From Pavona decussata (taxonomy: Eukaryota): a stretch of 64,000 nt of DNA. A program made the translations under genes and the position numbers. The DNA lies in NCBI GenBank assembly GCA_977016875.1, contig CDRNST010000188.1, positions 2,914,001 to 2,978,000 of the forward strand, written 5' to 3'. Below, one piece after another: positions 61,622 through 64,000 of this stretch. The stretch's first letter is position 1. The number at the start of each line of letters is the position of its first letter. The notes below the pieces were generated by a model. The model searched no databases. It saw only the letters and a list, made by a program, of their open reading frames with translations, and was not told the DNA's origin.

Positions 61622-61973
61622 CAGGCCTTGGATTGGAGGCGAGGCTGGAGTGACCTTGTTTTGAAACAAACCTCACTGTTTTCGTATGTGATACAAACTA
61701 GTTTGGATAGAACAGCACGGCGGTTCTACATATGAAAAGCAATGAGGTTTATGTCAAAACAAGGTCACCCCCAGCCTCGCTTCAGCCAGGACACTTGAAG
61801 GAACGGCCTATAATTGCCTTGCTATTTTCGGTTTTCCGTTTTTTCGTTTTGGTGCACCACGATTGGTGATCCACGGTCAGCGGTGTTACAAAAAATTGTT
61901 TTATGTTATTTTATTTCATATGACAATAACAGACACTAGGGTAATACAATTTAAGTTACAATGACGAAAGAAA

Positions 61974-61976
<3 letters not shown>

Positions 61977-62021
<45 letters not shown>

Positions 62022-63102
62022 GGATATATTTTTTAATAATTAAAAATAATAATTCTTTCTTTATTCAAAGCAAATTGTTATTTACAAGTTAAAAGCAGAA
62101 AAACGAGCTATTAAAACCTATTTACAATTCTTGTCGATTAAAAAAAGAGACCATTTTCAAGTATAATTTTTTTTGGAAGAAAAAGGAAAAAAAGCAAATC
62201 ACATCAAGTTACAATAGTATTCTTATTCGTAATAAAATAATCTTATGATCTATCATCGCTAAAAAAAAATTTCGGAAGTTAAGTTATGGTCCTTAATGAC
62301 GAAAAACAAAAAAACAACTCTTATTAAAAGTATAAGCGGAAGAAAAAGTATGTTTAAAAATTATAGGACCTAGATTTTGATGAGGCATCTATCTAATTCA
62401 AAGTCCGCTTCTCGAACACAAAAGTTGCTTCTAATTACCTTTCTAACTGTTCTTGACCCTTTAAGACAGAGTAAAGCCGACCTAAGGATGGCAAAGGAGA
62501 CTTTAGAACTTTAAAGGGGCAATTTACCTAAATTTGAATGAAATTTAAAGAGGTTTTAAGAAGGGATAGAAGAAAGAAAATGATTTTTGGAACACCAACA
62601 GACAGTTGATACCCACGCAAGAGCACCCCGGGTTGTTAGTGGACTAACTGGTATCCGTCTATTAATTATTAAATACAAATTCTAATTTTTAAACTTCACT
62701 AAATCTTCCATATTTCTTATTTCTCTTAATTTAACCAATCCTTCTAAAAAAAACTACTCCTCCCAAATATATCCAAAAATCACCCAAAAATTTACAAAAT
62801 GCCCCACAACACAGATTAACGGGATAATGATAGGGTTTTTGGATTGCTTGAAACGTGAATGAGAAATTGCCGTTAAAGCCATGTCAAGTGGCAGAAAAAT
62901 GGCGTTTAGGTGAATTGCCCCCTTAAAACGTATCCGAGAGACAGTGGTGGCATAGTTCTCTCCTTTCTTCGCTGCGACTAGCTCTGCCAGCCTGTCATGG
63001 TATCTCTTGCACTCCTCTCTCATGCCGCCTGTTGTTGTAAAGACTAGTGGAGTAAATGTTCCCTGTTCCAGGTCCATCACTCTTTGCTTATACAATCTCT
63101 TC
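61977..63102 (-). mobile_element. 3' remnant of a CRE-like non-LTR retrotransposon (restriction-like endonuclease C-terminus) ending at (AAT)n
   Basis: [16 protein letters not shown]...RLAELV...TVSRIR, then [19 protein letters not shown] after an insertion; runs into the gap. Confidence 0.7.
62515..62922. mobile_element. Kolobok-type MITE inside the CRE remnant
   Basis: AGGGGCAATTTACCTAAA...TTTAGGTGAATTGCCCCC with TTAA flanks. Confidence 0.75.
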
Positions 63103-63308
63103 NNNNNNNNNNNNNNNNNNNNNNNNNNNNNNNNNNNNNNNNNNNNNNNNNNNNNNNNNNNNNNNNNNNNNNNNNNNNNNNNNNNNNNNNNNNNNNNNNN
63201 NNNNNNNNNNNNNNNNNNNNNNNNNNNNNNNNNNNNNNNNNNNNNNNNNNNNNNNNNNNNNNNNNNNNNNNNNNNNNNNNNNNNNNNNNNNNNNNNNNNN
63301 NNNNNNNN
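63103..63308. other. Assembly gap
   Basis: Run of N. Confidence 1.
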
Positions 63309-64000
63309 TAAAGCTGATGATTCGGCCTCCCCGATTAAGCTAGGTTACCGAGCTATCATACTTATATTAGTTTCATTATGGCAGAAAGTTGTTAATAAAA
63401 CAAAAGCTAAAAATATGTTACTCATAGTTCATGGTTGCCTTACAGGAAGAAAACAGCTCGTGGAAAAAGCTTTAAAACTGTGAGTTTCTCATCACTTTCA
63501 CAACTTTTACAGACCCCAAGGTATCATTACCTAAAATAGTGAAGTGCCAGGTGTAGCCACTAAAGTTTAAATTTTTGTTTTTTTCTCACTGTTTTGTAAT
63601 CAATGCAATTATTTGTCATCACCTTTTAGTTTAGCCTTTTAGAATTTAGTTTAAATATGCGTATTTTTTCTTGCAAGTTAGTATCTCGGCGTCACGTTAT
63701 GTAATCGTTTATTGTTTAGTTCGTAACTTCATTAGGCCTATTCTTTTTCGTTTTAAATTAGTATAACAGTTTTGTATTCCGCCCTTGTAAATCCGGGGTT
63801 GCCGTACAGATCTTGTAAGTAGTTATATTTTCGCTTGTGAATTTTTCGTTTGATTTCTTGTTCAATTGTTGTACGTTCACTTTTCTAATCGCATTTATAA
63901 ATTCTGTATCTTTCTATCGTTACATTTGTTCTAGTGAATCGTGTTAAAGTATTAAAGTGCGAATTTCAAACTGTACTTGGAGTGTCCATTACACCGGGAG

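Noticed and set aside
63007-63483. ORFs spanning the N run
   Set aside because: Artefacts of the assembly gap.

Overview
Eukaryotic, AT-rich, repeat-dense DNA. The repeat families suggest a cnidarian such as a stony coral (inference). There are no prokaryotic operons, rRNA, true tRNA or CRISPR arrays. One spliced minus-strand host gene can be rebuilt by hand from 42453 down to at least 16247, with exons in consistent phase. It encodes a signal peptide and a glycine-rich (GGSGG/GGGAI) extracellular domain, probably followed by Ser/Thr-rich stalk exons that lie in a recent ~4.1 kb tandem duplication (917-9620). Its third exon is split by a full-length, ORF-intact CR1/L2-group LINE with a 6-bp TSD. 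The introns and upstream region contain: a complete PAT/Ngaro-type tyrosine-recombinase (YR) retrotransposon with split direct repeats; AcademX and AcademH derivatives; TTAA-flanked Kolobok elements; Penelope-type hammerhead-ribozyme hairpins; SINEs and MITEs; a nested Crypton>Kolobok>IS3EU-like>LINE stack; a decayed Tx1/L1; and a CRE-like remnant next to an assembly gap. The most unusual observations are in the YR element. A single 56-codon leader exon has a phase-0 donor that matches three phase-0 acceptors in front of gag, pol and YR. A perfect 16-nt complementarity links the sequences just after repeats A1 and A2, which suggests self-priming. All calls were made by eye; no database searches were run.
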